A stretch of DNA of 64,000 nt from Candidatus Micrarchaeota archaeon (GTDB lineage Archaea; Micrarchaeota; Micrarchaeia; Anstonellales; Anstonellaceae): positions 4,325-68,324 of the forward strand of contig JAKAJC010000002.1 in NCBI GenBank assembly GCA_021814005.1, given 5' to 3'. The first letter of the stretch is position 1. Every line of letters starts with the position of its first letter. The translations under genes were made by a program, and so were the position numbers. The notes beneath the pieces were generated by a model, which was not told where the DNA came from, did no database searches, and saw only the letters and a program-made list of their open reading frames with translations. This document shows positions 62,426-64,000 of this stretch, in pieces.

Positions 62426-62671
62426 TCACTTGAGAAGAGTGGACGATGTGTCGGCAATAAGCTGCGCCGCGCCGGTGAGAGCAGCCACGATTATGCCGCC
62501 GATTATCATGCCCATAGCCATTGACTGCCATTTGCCTCTGTTTTCGGCCGGTTGTGTCTGCGCAAGGCCGTAGGCAATGGCGCCCAATACAATAAGAATG
62601 ATGGAAATGCTCGGGCCCAGCATCAGAAGCGTTGTCTTTATGCTTTCAACAAGTCCGACTACGCTTGCCAT
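62426..62671 (-). CDS. Small two-TM membrane protein (81 aa), unknown function
   Basis: Two hydrophobic helices are separated by a short polar loop (…AQTQPAENRGKWQ…). It is tightly packed between its neighbours, with a 4-nt gap upstream. Confidence 0.45.
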   Translation of the reverse strand: MASVVGLVESIKTTLLMLGPSISIILIVLGAIAYGLAQTQPAENRGKWQSMAMGMIIGGIIVAALTGAAQLIADTSSTLLK

Positions 62672-62675
62672 GGGC

Positions 62676-63203
62676 TCACTTCTCCAGCCGGCTCACAATC
62701 ACGGTCGTGAGCGCGGCGCCGATGGCGGCCATCACCATGGTGACAAAGACCATGACAAGGGGCAGGGCCACCAGATAAGTAATGTCATTGAACGAGGCTC
62801 CGAGCGGTTTGCCGACTTTGAGCATTCCGGTCGCGATGATGACGAGCGCGCCGAGCATTGCGCCGACAAGGCCGGCCAGCGCGGCCGCAATCACGCCGCC
62901 CCTTACCTGCAGGGTGGTTGTGCCCCGCACGCGCTCGAGCATGAGCGCGCTTATCGCGCCCACCACAAGCGGCAGAAGGCAGACAAGCGGCAGATAGACT
63001 GCGGCATACATTTCGTTGCCGCTCGACTGCGCGCCCCAGATGTTGAGGCCCGCGGCCAAGACTATGAAAATGAACTGCAGCGCGCCGCCCGGAATAGCGG
63101 ACAGCACGATTTCGCCAATGGTGCGCACAGGCCCCGCGGGCAAAAATGTCAGGAGCGGCTTGCTCGCTCCGGCCGTCTTGGATGAATCAGATGGGGATGC
63201 CAT
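62676..63203 (-). CDS. Polytopic membrane protein (175 aa, about 5 TM), unknown function; first gene of the membrane operon
   Basis: Hydrophobic throughout after a short Ser-rich N-terminus. Confidence 0.5.
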   Translation of the reverse strand: MASPSDSSKTAGASKPLLTFLPAGPVRTIGEIVLSAIPGGALQFIFIVLAAGLNIWGAQSSGNEMYAAVYLPLVCLLPLVVGAISALMLERVRGTTTLQVRGGVIAAALAGLVGAMLGALVIIATGMLKVGKPLGASFNDITYLVALPLVMVFVTMVMAAIGAALTTVIVSRLEK

Positions 63204-63264
63204 GGGCTAGCTATCGCGCTTTGATTTTTAAAATCGACGGAAAAAGAAAGGGAAAAATTTGGGG

Positions 63265-63906
63265 TTATTCAGGCGCCGAGCGCAGGAACTGGTCGAAGTA
63301 TGCGCCGTAATCCTCGCGCTCGCGCCCCCTGTGGCGTTTGTGGTGGCGGCGCGACGCCTCCATCATGTGGTAATATGTTTCGCCGAAAGCCACGCGAAGC
63401 TGCACCATTTCCATGCTGTCCTCGCTCACTCCGGCCGACACAAGCGCGTAGAGGCGCTGCAGCTGCGCCATCGCCTGCTGGCCTGTCCGCGTAAGCATGG
63501 GCCCGCGCAGGCGCGAGAGAATGGCGGTGATGCGCGACGCCCAGGACAGAAGCCATGCACGCAGGCGGGCTATTGCGGCTCGGCGCGCAGGCCTGCTCCT
63601 GCTCTGCGAAATTGCCTGCACAGGCGGCAGATGAACGGGGGCGTTCACTTCGGCCAGGTCAACCTGGCGGTGCATTTCTAATTCTGAAATAAGGCCGTCT
63701 TTGAGAAATGCCGGAGGCGCCTCGGCCACCTGCAGCGGGGATGGATGAACTTCGCGCGTTTTTTCTTTTTTGGAATATATAACATGGCCCGCCAGTTCAG
63801 GCGTGGGACCGGGCCTGTGCGCGCTTTTTCGCTCGCCGGCCTCTTTTGCAGCCGCCTCGGCCTTTGCCTGCATCACGGCCCGCTCGTGGCGGCTGAACTG
63901 CTGCAC
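63265..63906 (-). CDS. Hypothetical protein
   Basis: 213-aa ORF with no recognised family; composition is plausible. A further minus-strand ORF continues past the window end. Confidence 0.35.
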   Translation of the reverse strand: MQQFSRHERAVMQAKAEAAAKEAGERKSAHRPGPTPELAGHVIYSKKEKTREVHPSPLQVAEAPPAFLKDGLISELEMHRQVDLAEVNAPVHLPPVQAISQSRSRPARRAAIARLRAWLLSWASRITAILSRLRGPMLTRTGQQAMAQLQRLYALVSAGVSEDSMEMVQLRVAFGETYYHMMEASRRHHKRHRGREREDYGAYFDQFLRSAPE

Positions 63907-64000
63907 TGTTATCTGGCCCGGGCTGTCGGCGATGTTTGGATAAATCGGCTCGATTTTGATTTCCTTTTGCGAGAAGTGGTCTGCTTTTGCTTTTACGGCA

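Overview
This is a GC-rich (~60%) chromosomal segment of an archaeon. The archaeal assignment rests on an HMf-type histone, two Orc1/Cdc6 paralogues, RpoE'/Spt4/S26e, Hef-type helicase, diphthine synthase, deoxyhypusine synthase, FtsZ and SepF. It is a densely packed housekeeping region in which many genes are coupled by 4-nt ATGA overlaps. I found no rRNA, no CRISPR array and no recognisable transposase or integrase.

Identified content:
- A complete sufC-sufB-sufD-sufS-sufU operon.
- CysRS, MsrA, a P2-type cation ATPase, a membrane H+-pyrophosphatase, NAD kinase, TsaC, TrpB2 and endonuclease IV.
- A DEAD-box helicase and a nuclease-less Hef-like helicase.
- Two unannotated RNA genes read directly from the sequence: an SRP (7S) RNA on the minus strand with its TATA box, and a type-II tRNA-Ser(GCU) followed by tandem hairpins.

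Points most worth follow-up:
- The RqcH/NEMF (NFACT) homologue is split into two genes about 20 kb apart, the NFACT-R half being translationally coupled to an MBL hydrolase.
- A DUF361/EppA-type archaeal pilin has a leader containing a perfect triplicated 30-bp repeat that reiterates the RGQV cleavage-site motif.
- A sepF | AT-rich intergenic region | orc1/cdc6 arrangement is a candidate replication origin.
- A second orc1/cdc6 follows a 691-aa orphan protein and a secreted CAP-domain protein.
- A signal-peptide protein with outer-membrane beta-barrel-like sequence character lies divergent to a TrmB regulator.
- A sequon-rich S-layer-like glycoprotein ends in a PFG-TM-RSR C-terminal anchor.
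- A tightly packed operon of three membrane proteins has unknown function.
- A small low-GC islet sits in the GC-rich background.

The six-frame track also lists many long ORFs antisense to real genes. These are GC-driven artefacts and were rejected.
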